Source: an uncultured Chloroflexia bacterium
GTDB lineage: Bacteria; Chloroflexota; Anaerolineae; CG2-30-64-16
Assembly (NCBI GenBank): GCA_963841825.1
Contig: CAWJEL010000034.1
Span: 374 to 64,373 of the forward strand
DNA: 64,000 bases
Direction of reading: 5' to 3'
The notes under the pieces were generated by a model that saw nothing but the letters and a program-made list of their open reading frames with translations, made no database searches and was not told the DNA's origin. Shown piece by piece: positions 28,320-38,341 of the stretch. A program made the translations under genes and the position numbers. Each line of letters begins with the position of its first letter. The stretch's first letter is position 1.

Positions 28320-29333
28320 TTATTCGCCGAACAGAAACGCCAGCGCGTTGGCGTTGTTCTGCGTCCGTTGTGCCGGCGAGAGCGCGTCCAGCGCGGCCTT
28401 CTCCTGCTCGTAGGTTCCCTTGAGTCGGAACTCGGCGTAGATCCCCTCGCCCTGCAAGCGCCGCGTGATGTAGCTGTGGTACGGCGAGTCGGTCCCCCAG
28501 ATAATCGTCCTGGGGAAGCGTTCGACCAGGGCCCGCATGACCTCGACGTGGTTCGAAAAGTCGCCTGCGATGCGGTCCGGCGGCAGCGCCATGAGTGGGC
28601 TGTCCTGGTAGGCGAGCTCGACCTGGATCTTGAGGGCAGAGGTGTCCACCCAGACGTTGGGCAGCGCGTCGGCCCGTTCCAGGAGCTCCCCATGAAAGCC
28701 GATGCAGTGGGCCAGACAGTAGCGCAGCTCCGGGTGGCGCTCGATGATGTCCAGGGTGTCGGCCGCCTGGGAATACTCCTCGCCCCGACTGACGGCCACG
28801 TGGAACAGGATCGGCCAGTTCCGCTCAGCGAAGAAATTGAAGAACGCTTCACCCGGGTCGAGCAGCTCCGTGACCTTGGTTTGGGTCGAAACCGGCGCGA
28901 TTTTGACACCGTAGATCGGGAACTCCGCCTCCAGCCCGCGCAGGATCGCGATCTGCTCGGCGACCAGCCGGCCCGGATCCACCGAGATGAAGGGCAGGAA
29001 GCGGCCGCTATGTTCGGGACAGAAGTGGAAGACGTCGGTGAGCAGGAGAAGGTTCTCGCGCTCGTAGGGTGCTCGCGAGATGGGGCTGGCTGCGGGCTCT
29101 TTGCGGCCTGTCTCGATGAGGAGTTGCAGGTCGAAGAACAGATCCGGCCCGGTGGGGAAGACGACCGATACGTCCACGCCGTTGGCCCGCTGGCGATAGG
29201 CCAGGTCCTCGACGCTTGAGCAGTAAGGGAAGCTGATTTGTGCGGCCTCCCGGATCTGGATGCCGGCGTGGGAGTGGATGTCGATAGTTTTTCCGATTAG
29301 GTCTGCGCGACAGATGTGTTTTTCAATCATCAC
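28320..29333 (-). CDS. Amidohydrolase_2-type protein (tandem paralogue A1)
   Basis: 337 aa with TIDIHSHAG and IIWGTDSPYHSY. Confidence 0.8.
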   Translation of the reverse strand: MMIEKHICRADLIGKTIDIHSHAGIQIREAAQISFPYCSSVEDLAYRQRANGVDVSVVFPTGPDLFFDLQLLIETGRKEPAASPISRAPYERENLLLLTDVFHFCPEHSGRFLPFISVDPGRLVAEQIAILRGLEAEFPIYGVKIAPVSTQTKVTELLDPGEAFFNFFAERNWPILFHVAVSRGEEYSQAADTLDIIERHPELRYCLAHCIGFHGELLERADALPNVWVDTSALKIQVELAYQDSPLMALPPDRIAGDFSNHVEVMRALVERFPRTIIWGTDSPYHSYITRRLQGEGIYAEFRLKGTYEQEKAALDALSPAQRTQNNANALAFLFGE

Positions 29334-29342
29334 CCCTCTCCG

Positions 29343-30425
29343 CTACCGCCACTTGGCCACGTGGTCGAAGATCGTCAAGATATTCTCCCAGGGCGCGTCC
29401 CCGTGAATATAATGACTGGGCGCCAGGATGAAGCCGCCGCCCTGGCCCAGCGTCTCCACCAGTTCGTCAAGGTGCCGGCGAACATCCTCCGTCGTACCAT
29501 GCACGAGGACGTCCTGCACGTCGATCCCGCCATGGAAACACAGATCCTTTCCGTACTCCCGCTTGAGCCGCCGCGGATCCATGCCGGCCGCGGTGGTCTG
29601 GATGGGATCCAGGATGTCCACGCCAATATCGATGAAGTCCGGGATGAAGTTGAACACCGCGCCGCAGGAATGCTGCATCACGCGTGCGCCGTGCCGTTTG
29701 GCCACCTCAAAAATCCGCCGATGATACGGCTTGTAGAACCGGCGATACATCTCCAGGCTGATCAGGTTACCGCGCTGCGTGCCGAAATCGTCCTGCACGC
29801 AGATGATGTCGATGCGACCCCCGGCGGCCTGGAGCGTCCGGTCGGTCAGCTCCGCAAAGAACGCTCCGATCGCCCCGTGGCAGTACTCCACCAGCTCCGG
29901 ATGAAGCGCCATCTCCGTGAGAACCCGCTCGAAGCCCAGCAGGTTGGCGACCTGGCCGAGGCCGCCGGCCAGGAAGAGAATGGCGTAATCGTCCGCGTCA
30001 GCGCATTGCCGGGCGACGGTGGCGTAGTCGAACGCGTCGGCCTTGGGCCAGTTGTATCTTTGAAGATCAGCCAGCGACTCGGCATGCGCCAGCGGGTGAT
30101 CGATGACCTCGTCGTTGTGCCCCCCGGCGCACGCCACCCAGCGCCGTCGATAACCATAGATGGTGTCCCACGTGCCATCGGGGCGGATGGCGGGATAGAG
30201 CACGCGCGTCGCGTCGCCGCGATACACGGGATAGACCCCGTGCAGGCAGTTGTTGAAAATGCCGTAGGTATCCACCGGCAAGGCGCGGACCAATGCTTGC
30301 ACGTCGGCCGCGCCGAAATGGGTCTGCAGCCGGCGCAGCACATCGTCCGATGCCTTGAAGCCCACCGGCAGGATGTCGCTGGGCCGCCGTTCAACTGCGG
30401 CCAGAACGCGCTCCCTGTGATTCAT
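29343..30425 (-). CDS. URO-D family protein
   Basis: 360 aa with MNHRERVLAAVERR, ICVQDDFGTQRG, FIPDFIDIGVDILDPIQ and GGGFILAPSH. Confidence 0.85.
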   Translation of the reverse strand: MNHRERVLAAVERRPSDILPVGFKASDDVLRRLQTHFGAADVQALVRALPVDTYGIFNNCLHGVYPVYRGDATRVLYPAIRPDGTWDTIYGYRRRWVACAGGHNDEVIDHPLAHAESLADLQRYNWPKADAFDYATVARQCADADDYAILFLAGGLGQVANLLGFERVLTEMALHPELVEYCHGAIGAFFAELTDRTLQAAGGRIDIICVQDDFGTQRGNLISLEMYRRFYKPYHRRIFEVAKRHGARVMQHSCGAVFNFIPDFIDIGVDILDPIQTTAAGMDPRRLKREYGKDLCFHGGIDVQDVLVHGTTEDVRRHLDELVETLGQGGGFILAPSHYIHGDAPWENILTIFDHVAKWR

Positions 30426-30462
30426 TCACTTCCTCGGAACCGGCGTCGCTCACGCCATCCGT

Positions 30463-31499
30463 TCATGCCTCGCCGAACAAGAAACGGATAGTGTTCGTAT
30501 TGACTTGCGCGCGTTGCCCGGGCGACAGCCGGTCCAGCGCGGCCTTCTCCTCTTCGTAGGTGCCCTTCAGCCGGAACTCACGATATACCCCTTCCCCCTG
30601 GAGGCGGCGCGTGATGTAGCTGTGATACGGCGAATCGCTGGCCCACAGCATGGTGGTGGGGTATCGCTCGACCAGTTGCTGAAACAAGCGCGTGTGATCA
30701 TCGTAGTCCAGGTCCAGCATCTGGGCCGACCAGTCGTCCCGCGCGCCTTATCCTCCCGAAAGATCTCTACCTGGATCTTGAGCGCCGCGGTATCGACATA
30801 CATGTTCGGCAATTCGGCCGCGCGCTCGAAAGAAGGGCGATGACAGCCGATGCAGTGCGCCATGCAGAAACGCATCTCGGGATGGCGTTCGGCGACCTGA
30901 AGGATGTCGGCGACCTGTGAGAAAGGATCGGTCGGATCGAGCGTGGCGTGGAACAGGACTGGCCAGTCCCGCTCGGCGAAGAACGCCAGCAGCGGCGCGC
31001 CTACGTCCAGCAACGCCAGCGCCTTCGACTGCGCCATCAGCGGGTGGATTTTGACGCCGTAGATGGGAAACTCCTGCTCGAGATCCTCCAGGCTCGCGAT
31101 TTGCTCAGGAATCAGCCGGCCCGGGTCCACCGAGATGAACGGCAGGAAGCGTCCGCTGTGCTCCGGGCAGAACCGGTAGACGTCGGTTAGCAGCAGCCGG
31201 TTCTCGCGCTCGTAGGGCACATGCGAGATCGGCCGGGCCGCGGGCCGCAGCTCCCCGGTTTCGATCAGGGTCGGCAGGTCGTAGTGCAGCGCCGGCGAAA
31301 TGGGGAAGACCACACCGAAATCCACCCCATTGGCCTTCTGCCGGTAGGCCAGGTCCTCGGCGCTGGAGCAGTAGGGGAAGTTGATCTGCGCGGCCTCGCG
31401 CAGCGCGATTCCAATATGAGAATGCGCGTCGATCACCTTTCCGGCCAGATCTTCGCGGCGCAGGTGGCGTTCGATTCCGTGGTGATGCATCTCTGTCAT
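30463..31499 (-). CDS. Amidohydrolase_2-type protein (tandem paralogue A2), one frame break at 30738-30740
   Basis: VIDAHSHIG. It is colinear with 28320-29333 through shared blocks (PYERENxLLLTDV, FCPEHSGRFLPFISVDPGRL, SPYHSYITRRLQGEG). The C-terminal 85 aa lie in the frame of ORF 30463-30720. Confidence 0.8.
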
Positions 31500-31558
31500 T
31501 TTATCCCCTTCGGCTGCGCGTATGACGAGCCGTGCATTCTTAGTCTGGACTGGTGCTG

Positions 31559-32713
31559 TCAAAGCCCAATCCGCACCCAGTGAATCCCCATCGCCGTCTC
31601 GTCCCCGGCGTAGTACGCGACCATGACATCGCCGCCCGGAAGCAGCAGCGGCTCAGGATGGCCGAACGTCCAGATGCTCATATCGGCCCAGTAGTCGGTG
31701 AAGTCGCGCGAGACACCCATGCCCGATTCATCACCTCGCGCTTTGTCGTAGAACACTAACTCCTCGGCCGCGGTCCAGGTCCGGCCGAAATCATCGCTCA
31801 GGATCGCGCGCAGGCTCGGCGGATGATGCCGATGCACGTAGGCCGCGAAAACCCAACCACCACCCAGCGCCAGTGGCGCGCAGATTTGCCCCGCGATGCC
31901 GGTGCTTGCCGGCGCGGTCCACTGCCGGACGTCCGCGGCGCCCCATGTGATATGGATGTCGAGGTCCCGCCCGGCGCGCTGATCGTGGGTCCACAACATC
32001 GCGATCAACTCCCCTGTGTCGGGCGCGACGGTCAGGCGCTGGTCCCAGTACAGGACCTCCCCCTCGGGGTCATGCGCGACGATGGCCAGCTCCGGCCACT
32101 GGCCCGGCCATGCCGCTGGATCCTCCGAGGTGCGCAGGCCTCCCGGGCCGGTGAGGCGCAGCGCGGCGTGATGCCGGCCGGGAGATGTGTCCCCCCACGC
32201 CTTCCACGCCTCGTAGGGCAGCGCCATCCGGCCGTCCCGGAGGGGCAGGATCGCGCCGGTGATGGCGTTGCCCGTGTGGGGCGCCAGCGGCGCCTCGCCG
32301 AGCACCGCCCAGCCCTCGCCCGCGTCTTCCGATGCAGCCAGGAGCGTGCGTGTCGGCAGGATCCCCTCGGTTTGCGGGTCGAAGAGCGGCAGCGCCGGGT
32401 CGCTGCGGTCAACGCACGTCAGGCACGCCACCAGGCGGTCCCCGCCGATGGGGGCCAGCCCCGCGGCGCGGATGCGGCCCCGGCCTGGCGGCAGGTCTCC
32501 GAAGCCCCGGCAGACCAGGCGCCAGGTCGCGGCGTTGTCATCACTGACCAGCACGAGGGTATCCTCGTCGGCCGCATCCTTCGAGCTGCCCACGCGCAAG
32601 GCCGCGACGAGCCGGCCGTTCTCCAGCCGCACCAGGCTGGGAACCGTGCAGAAGCGCCTCTCAGGCGGCGCGGCGGTGGCGTCGAAGATCGTTCCTCGGT
32701 CAAGGATGCGCAC
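31559..32713 (-). CDS. BNR/Asp-box repeat beta-propeller (sialidase-like), no signal peptide
   Basis: 384 aa with Asp-boxes SDDNAATW, SEDAGEGW and SDDFGRTW. The N-terminus is MRILDRGTIFDA. Confidence 0.8.
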   Translation of the reverse strand: MRILDRGTIFDATAAPPERRFCTVPSLVRLENGRLVAALRVGSSKDAADEDTLVLVSDDNAATWRLVCRGFGDLPPGRGRIRAAGLAPIGGDRLVACLTCVDRSDPALPLFDPQTEGILPTRTLLAASEDAGEGWAVLGEAPLAPHTGNAITGAILPLRDGRMALPYEAWKAWGDTSPGRHHAALRLTGPGGLRTSEDPAAWPGQWPELAIVAHDPEGEVLYWDQRLTVAPDTGELIAMLWTHDQRAGRDLDIHITWGAADVRQWTAPASTGIAGQICAPLALGGGWVFAAYVHRHHPPSLRAILSDDFGRTWTAAEELVFYDKARGDESGMGVSRDFTDYWADMSIWTFGHPEPLLLPGGDVMVAYYAGDETAMGIHWVRIGL

Positions 32714-32795
32714 GTTTCACCTCACAGTCTCGGGCGGTTGGCTCGGTCGGCCCCACAGGGGCGCTTCGGGTTCGCAAAAGAATAAGTTCCACCGC

Positions 32796-33071
32796 TGTCA
32801 TTCTGAGCGACTCTGTCCCGAATCGCTCGCGACGGCGTATCCCCAGCGAAGAATCTCTCGCACATGGCACACGAGACCCTTCGCTGGGGACGCGCTGCGG
32901 CGGGTTGTGTCTGACGGACCGCTGCTCATGAAGTACCAGGCCGAGATTCTTCACTGGTGTCTCGCCGCAACACAAATTGAGTCGTTAACCCGTTCACGGC
33001 GAAGCCGTGACAAACGGGAACCTCATTGGACTACCCGCAAGCCGCGCGGCTTGGCAGCACTCAGGGTGACA
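32796..33071. repeat. MITE-like element family 1 (copy B, composite/longer)
   Basis: TGTCATTCTGAGCG...CCAGCGAAGAATCTC...GAGACCCTTCGCTGG...GTTAACCCGTTCACGGCGAAGCCGTGACA...CTCAGGGTGACA. Confidence 0.7.
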
Positions 33072-33156
33072 TGTCCGGGAAGATATACTTTTACGAGCCC
33101 TGAGCGAAGACCGGCCAAAGCGGGGGCACTCCACCAGACACCCATCGGTCTATGCG

Positions 33157-34140
33157 TTACCTACCCGGATCGTAGTCCAGCAGCTTGATGTCGGTGTGCC
33201 ACGCAAGATCCGTGACCACGCTCGGCTTGATGTCGGCAGCCAGGCTCTCGCTGATGAATAGCTCGCTCGGTCCCATCTGCAACATCGTCGACGGCACCAG
33301 CGGCGTCGGTTTGGCTGTGATCGCCAGGCGCATGGTGAAGCGCTGCCACGACACCTGCGAGGCGCCGCACATGAATCCGTTCCACGAGCTGCGCAGCCGT
33401 GCATCCATGTAGTCTTTCGGGCCTATCGTGGCGCCCTTAGGGGGCATAGACGACCAGTCGCCGCTGATCCCCGTGTCCCCGAGAAGGCAGTTCTGCAAGA
33501 TGGTGAACGGGGTCAGCGTCACAATGCGCGGCCCGATCTTGAGCCACTCCTCCATCGGCAGGGGCGGAAACGCGTCAGAGCCCGGCTCGATGTAGGCTAC
33601 GTGACCGGACCAGCCGATGCCGCCGTAGCATATGTCGGCCCCACCCAGGTCCTCGATCATCTTGCCGTAATGCGCGAAGTTGGCATTGGTGGGACCCACG
33701 ACCTGGCTCTCAGGCGGCCGCAGATCGGGGTCCAGTTTGGCGTAGAAGTTGCGTTTTATGTTGAACAGGAAGGAGTTTTCCCACGTTTCGGGCGCGATGT
33801 TGCCGTCCTGGTCGGCACATTCGTCCATGTTAAAGGTGTACAGATGGCGGCAGTTCACCCGGAACTTGTTGCACAGGAACGCCACCGAGGCGTAAAGCGG
33901 CTCCGGGTTCGGCAGGATAATCACGTGGCGCCGCCCCTCGTCCGCCGCCTGCTTGATCCGCCCAAAGATCGCCATCACCTGCTGAAAGGCGAACTCTTCG
34001 TCCTTCAGGATCGTGATCTTCAGGTTGGGATGCTGGAAACTCGCGAGATCGGCGTGCGTGACCGACCGCGCCTTCTCGCATGCTGCTTGATCCTGGAATG
34101 GAATCCAGGATGCCATCTTGAAATCGAGACCCTTGAACAT
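33157..34140 (-). CDS. Glucosamine-6-phosphate deaminase / 6-phosphogluconolactonase (NagB-Pgl) family protein
   Basis: The start MFKGLDF follows AAAGGGAGG. GGIGWSGHVAYIEPG resembles the NagB GxGxDGHxAFNEPG block. Confidence 0.7.
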   Translation of the reverse strand: MFKGLDFKMASWIPFQDQAACEKARSVTHADLASFQHPNLKITILKDEEFAFQQVMAIFGRIKQAADEGRRHVIILPNPEPLYASVAFLCNKFRVNCRHLYTFNMDECADQDGNIAPETWENSFLFNIKRNFYAKLDPDLRPPESQVVGPTNANFAHYGKMIEDLGGADICYGGIGWSGHVAYIEPGSDAFPPLPMEEWLKIGPRIVTLTPFTILQNCLLGDTGISGDWSSMPPKGATIGPKDYMDARLRSSWNGFMCGASQVSWQRFTMRLAITAKPTPLVPSTMLQMGPSELFISESLAADIKPSVVTDLAWHTDIKLLDYDPGR

Positions 34141-34206
34141 GTTGCCTCCCTTTGAGTCGCTCGTGTGTGGTTCTGCCCTAACTCGGACGAGCCAGAACCA
34201 CGCCTT

Positions 34207-34284
34207 CACCACAAAGGCTCAAAGGCACGAAGTCCACAAAGGTAGAATTCTGAGTGATCTTGGTGTCTTGGCGTCTTTGTGGTG
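34207..34284. repeat. Small inverted-repeat element (CACCACAAAG ... CTTTGTGGTG)
   Basis: Perfect 10-bp terminal inverted repeat with 58-bp interior. An adjacent 9-bp stem GTGGTTCTG/CAGAACCAC lies at about 34167-34202. Confidence 0.55.
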
Positions 34285-34381
34285 AGATTCTTGTTTTGTA
34301 TGCCGGAATCCGATTGGTAAGGGCCTAAAGGATCCTGCGCGATGCCGGTGGTGGAAATCCAGATTTATCTTTGCCCCCTGC

Positions 34382-35510
34382 CTAGTACCTGCCGTGCTTC
34401 TCCACCAGATCGCGCATGATCTCGATCCGTTCTTCGACCGCGTGCGGCGGGACCTGGTCGCCGGCGTTGGCGATGAGGCGTGGGCCGTGTTTCATCAGCG
34501 CCAGCCAGTCCAGGACCGACTGTTTGAAGACCTCGACAGGGACCTCCGGCAGCCACAGGTTGGGTGGCACGCCGCCGGAGAGAATGAAGTTGGGCCCGCC
34601 CTCTGCGCGACACTGGGCTGGGGTCAGATCCCCCATGGGCGTGGGGGTGATCGCGTCGCCGCAGTCCGCGCCCGTGTCGCGGATCATACCGATGGCCCCG
34701 CGCAGCCTGCCGTCGATATGCACGGCGACGTACTTCTTCGGCCGCGTGTAACCGACGGATCGCCTCGACGTAGTAGGGCCGCGACCATCTCCCGAAAATG
34801 TGGGGCGGCTGGAGATCACTGGAGAAGTTGTCGCCCAGGATGATGATCTCGGCGGGCGACGCCGCCAGCAGGTCGATCAGCTTGAGGTTGTTGTCGTTGA
34901 TCTGATCGACGACCTCGCGCAGGGTTACAGGCCAGTCCGCGGCTGCGTAGGCCGTGCCGCTAACGCCGAGCCAATAGTTGAGCAGGTGCCCCATCGCGCT
35001 GTAGCCTGCTGACAGGTAGACCACGCCCATGTTGCCGACCTCGTCAACCCAGGCCCGGTAGCGATCCCACAACGGCGCGTAGGCGCGCGAGCCCAGCGCA
35101 TAGCCCAGCACGCGCAGGTCTTGTTCGGTCTGCACCCCCCACCGGGTGATCGCCCACGAGTAGGACACCTCCTCCCACATGCGCCGGCGCTCGATGCTGC
35201 CAAACGGGGTGGTCAACCGCCAAGCAATCTCGGGCACGCCATCGTGGTCCACCTTCGAGACGTCCGACTGCACGTCATTGCCGTAGGCCGCACTGTAGAA
35301 CGAGCCAAGGTTGGGCATGTAGAAGCCAGCGCCGGCCCGTTTGTGATATGCGATCAGGTCGTACTCCGGCTGGTCGTAGGCGGCGCTCAGATCCCACGGC
35401 ATCCGGTTCTTGTGGTAGAACCAGTGCGAGAGATCCAGCATGTACGGCGCCACGTCCGGCGCCTCGCCACGGTAGACCGTGAGGATGCGCTCGCGCATTG
35501 TCATTGTCAT
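34382..35510 (-). CDS. URO-D family protein, one frame break near 34741
   Basis: The N-part MTMTMRERILTVYRGEAPDV...IILGDNFSSDLQPPHIFGRWSRPYYVEAIRRLHAA joins KKYVAVHIDGRLRGAIGMIRDTGADCGDAITPTPMGD. Confidence 0.75.
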
Positions 35511-35610
35511 GGATTTAATTCCTCAAGTTCGTCATGCATCCTCGGACGCCCCATATTTGCGGCCACGGCAACCTTGGTGATCCGCCAGCATGGATACTCG
35601 CCCTTTTGCA

Positions 35611-36891
35611 TCAGGTCCTGAGTTCAGCTTCTCGCCCCCCAGGCACGCGCACCTGCACCAGCACCAGCGCCGCCAACAGCGACAACACGGTTCCCAGGAC
35701 AAAGATCGCCGTCTGGCTCACCCCCAGATTCATCAGACCGACACCGATGAACGGCCCGACAACCCCCCGCGCGCCGATCAGTGCGGCTTGGGCTGCAGCG
35801 TACTCTGACACACGGCCGAACGGCGCCAATTGAATGATCGCCGTGATAAAGCCGAGATCGATGGCGGAACTGGCGATCCCCATCGCGATGAAGGAAGGCA
35901 GCAAGATCCAGCCGCCAGCCTGTCCTGCGCCCTGGGTCGTGGCGATGGCGTAGGGGGCGAGCACCAGCATATTGATGGCGAAGGCCGCCTGCATACAGCG
36001 CACGCCGCCCCAGCGATCGGTCATCCGGCCCCAGAAGACGTAGCTGACTGTGCGGCTCACCGCCATACTCAGGTTCAGCCAACCGATAGCTGAGTACGAG
36101 AGATGCAGCCGGTCCACCTGTACGATCGGCACGATCGCCACCGGGATGAGGCTGCCGAGGCCGAACAGCAGCACGCCCAGTAGATACAGGGCGAAGCGGT
36201 GGTCCTGGGCAAACAGACGCCGCAGGCCGGTCGGGGCGCCTGAGACGCGCACCTGCAGGGCGGTCTCGTCAACATGCAGGCGAGAGAAGATCAGGGCGCC
36301 CAACACGCCCACCAGACCGGCCAGCGGAAAGAGCACCCGGTAGCCCGCAGAATCCAGCAGCCAGCCGGCCACGGGGCCCAGCGCAAGCATCGGCAGGGCC
36401 ATCGCGACGCGCGTGACAGACATGACCCTGCCGCGGTCTGCGATCGGATAGACGCGCTGCACAATCGCAGTGTAGGCCGGCGTTGGCAGCCCTTCGAGCA
36501 ACCAGAACACGGCCACCAGCAGGAGCAGCCCGGGATAGCCGGAGACCAGCGCCACCAAGATCAACAGGCCCCGACCGATCGCCCACACGGCGGTCATACG
36601 GCGCTTCACCTGGCCCGGACGAAAGAGCGCCAGTCCCGCCCACGAGGCCACGTTACCAAAATAGGTGGATGAGGTGTAAAACGCCAACCACCCCGCGGGC
36701 GCGCCGAGCTGCCGCAACACCACCGGCACGAACGCGAGCGCGGTGGCAAATACTCCGTACGCCGCCGCCCAACCGATCTCAACGCGGATGTTGTGGCGCG
36801 CGTCCGGGTGCAGGGGGCCCACCAACCAGCTTTCCAGACTAAGCAGGACCCGCTCAAACACCGTCACGAAATGCCCAACGAAGTGGGGCAT
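35611..36891 (-). CDS. MFS transporter
   Basis: About 426 aa from the MPHFVGHF start, with roughly 12 hydrophobic segments. Confidence 0.8.
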   Translation of the reverse strand: MPHFVGHFVTVFERVLLSLESWLVGPLHPDARHNIRVEIGWAAAYGVFATALAFVPVVLRQLGAPAGWLAFYTSSTYFGNVASWAGLALFRPGQVKRRMTAVWAIGRGLLILVALVSGYPGLLLLVAVFWLLEGLPTPAYTAIVQRVYPIADRGRVMSVTRVAMALPMLALGPVAGWLLDSAGYRVLFPLAGLVGVLGALIFSRLHVDETALQVRVSGAPTGLRRLFAQDHRFALYLLGVLLFGLGSLIPVAIVPIVQVDRLHLSYSAIGWLNLSMAVSRTVSYVFWGRMTDRWGGVRCMQAAFAINMLVLAPYAIATTQGAGQAGGWILLPSFIAMGIASSAIDLGFITAIIQLAPFGRVSEYAAAQAALIGARGVVGPFIGVGLMNLGVSQTAIFVLGTVLSLLAALVLVQVRVPGGREAELRT

Positions 36892-36925
36892 GGTTTTATT
36901 GCTATTCCGTTTCGGGAGATTTGGG

Positions 36926-38122
36926 CTAGTTCCCGAAGTAAGAGATCGTCCGCACCAGGACATCGGCCTGACGCTCGGCGGCGGACACGTCCCAGTAGTT
37001 GGTTTTGAACTGGAGCAGCTTGGGCTGCAACGACTCGGCTACGGGGCAGAGGCCCGGACCGTATGTCTGGACATCGGCCAGCCCTCCAGAACTCGGCGCG
37101 TGGAAGTGCTTGCCCCGAAAAGCGGGCTCCAGGTAAGTGAGCTGCCAGGCGGCATAGATGCCGTCGCCGCCCAGTTCGCGATACTTGGCCCGGAAGTCGT
37201 GCCAGGTGAAAGCGCCCTCATTCTCCAGCTTCAGGACGTACGTCCAGTAGGCGTGGCCGTAGCCATCAGGCACCGCCTGCGGCGCAAGCCATGCGCAGCC
37301 GTGGGCCACCTCGGCGTACAGGCGCGCGGCCCGAATGCGCGCCGCGACCAGTTCCTGCAACCGCTCGGTCTGCGCCAACGCGACGGCAGCGCACAGCTCC
37401 GGCAGCCGGTAGTTCCAACCCACGGACGCGTGCCGCTCGTAAGCCGGATCCTGGATCGTCTCCCGGGTGATCTTGCCTTTGCCGGCCGCCGCACCCACGG
37501 CCGCGTACCCCAGGCTGTTGAAGCGGCGGATCCGCTCGGCCAGCCCAGCGTCGTTGGTCGTGACCATCCCACCCTCGCCGCTGGTCATATGTTTGGAGCT
37601 CTGGAAGCTGAAACTGGCCGCGTGGCCAATACTTCCGACGATGCGGCCCTGGTAGGTCCCCAGAAAGCATTGGGCGTCATCTTCCAGCACGAAGAGGTCA
37701 TAGCGGGCGGCCAGCGCCATCAGAGGATCCATGTCCGGCGACAGCCCGTAGATCGCAACGGGGATGATGCCGCGTGTGCGCGGCGTGATCGCAGCGGCGA
37801 CTGACGCCGGGGCAAGAGTCCATGTGTCCGGGGCGACGTCGGCGAACACTGGGGCCGCGCCGGCGTGCAGCACGGCGAAGGCGGTGCTGGCCATCGTCAG
37901 CGGCGGCACGATCACCTCATCGCCTGGACCGATGCCGGCCGCAGCCAGCGCCGCATGCATCGTCGCTGTGCCGTTAATGAACGAGATCGCGTAACGGCAG
38001 CCGAAGATGGCGGCGAACCGTTCCTCCAGCCGGCGGGTCATCGAGCTCCCGGCAGAGGTGCGGAACTGGCCGTCCAGCACCTCCAGCACATATTGGCGCT
38101 CCAGATCAGTGATGCGTTCCAT
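36926..38122 (-). CDS. DegT/DnrJ/EryC1/StrS-type PLP aminotransferase
   Basis: Start MERITDLERQYVLEVL, with LEDDAQCFLG and FSFQSSKHMTSGEGGM. Confidence 0.85.
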   Translation of the reverse strand: MERITDLERQYVLEVLDGQFRTSAGSSMTRRLEERFAAIFGCRYAISFINGTATMHAALAAAGIGPGDEVIVPPLTMASTAFAVLHAGAAPVFADVAPDTWTLAPASVAAAITPRTRGIIPVAIYGLSPDMDPLMALAARYDLFVLEDDAQCFLGTYQGRIVGSIGHAASFSFQSSKHMTSGEGGMVTTNDAGLAERIRRFNSLGYAAVGAAAGKGKITRETIQDPAYERHASVGWNYRLPELCAAVALAQTERLQELVAARIRAARLYAEVAHGCAWLAPQAVPDGYGHAYWTYVLKLENEGAFTWHDFRAKYRELGGDGIYAAWQLTYLEPAFRGKHFHAPSSGGLADVQTYGPGLCPVAESLQPKLLQFKTNYWDVSAAERQADVLVRTISYFGN

Positions 38123-38201
38123 CGCTTCCGCTCTTTGAAATCGGGTAAATAGTCGCAAGCTGTCCGCAATTCTACACCCAGGCCGACAGCCTGTCAACAC
38201 A

Positions 38202-38262
38202 CAAACGTTCAATGCAACGCAGAAAAGTTACGTTTGACATTCTAAAAGAAACACGATATATT
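38202..38262 (+). promoter_or_regulatory. Near-consensus promoter TTGACA-N17-TATATT (38234-38262) overlapped by inverted repeat CAAACGT-N21-ACGTTTG (38202-38236)
   Basis: Read directly from the sequence. It lies in the divergent spacer between degT-like (38122) and deoR-like (38342). Confidence 0.6.
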
Positions 38263-38341
38263 TCTAATGAAATCTCTTCTCGCGTGTTTGCCCGATCGGG
38301 CAGGACATATTTTTGGCCCAAGTTCAAGAACGGCTGATACT

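Noticed and set aside
32700-32975. ORFs spanning the MITE-like elements (32700-32975, 13182-13388, 46746-47018, 59434-59727, 59425-59619).
   Set aside because: They are encoded entirely by repeated intergenic elements, and their translations recur wherever the element occurs.
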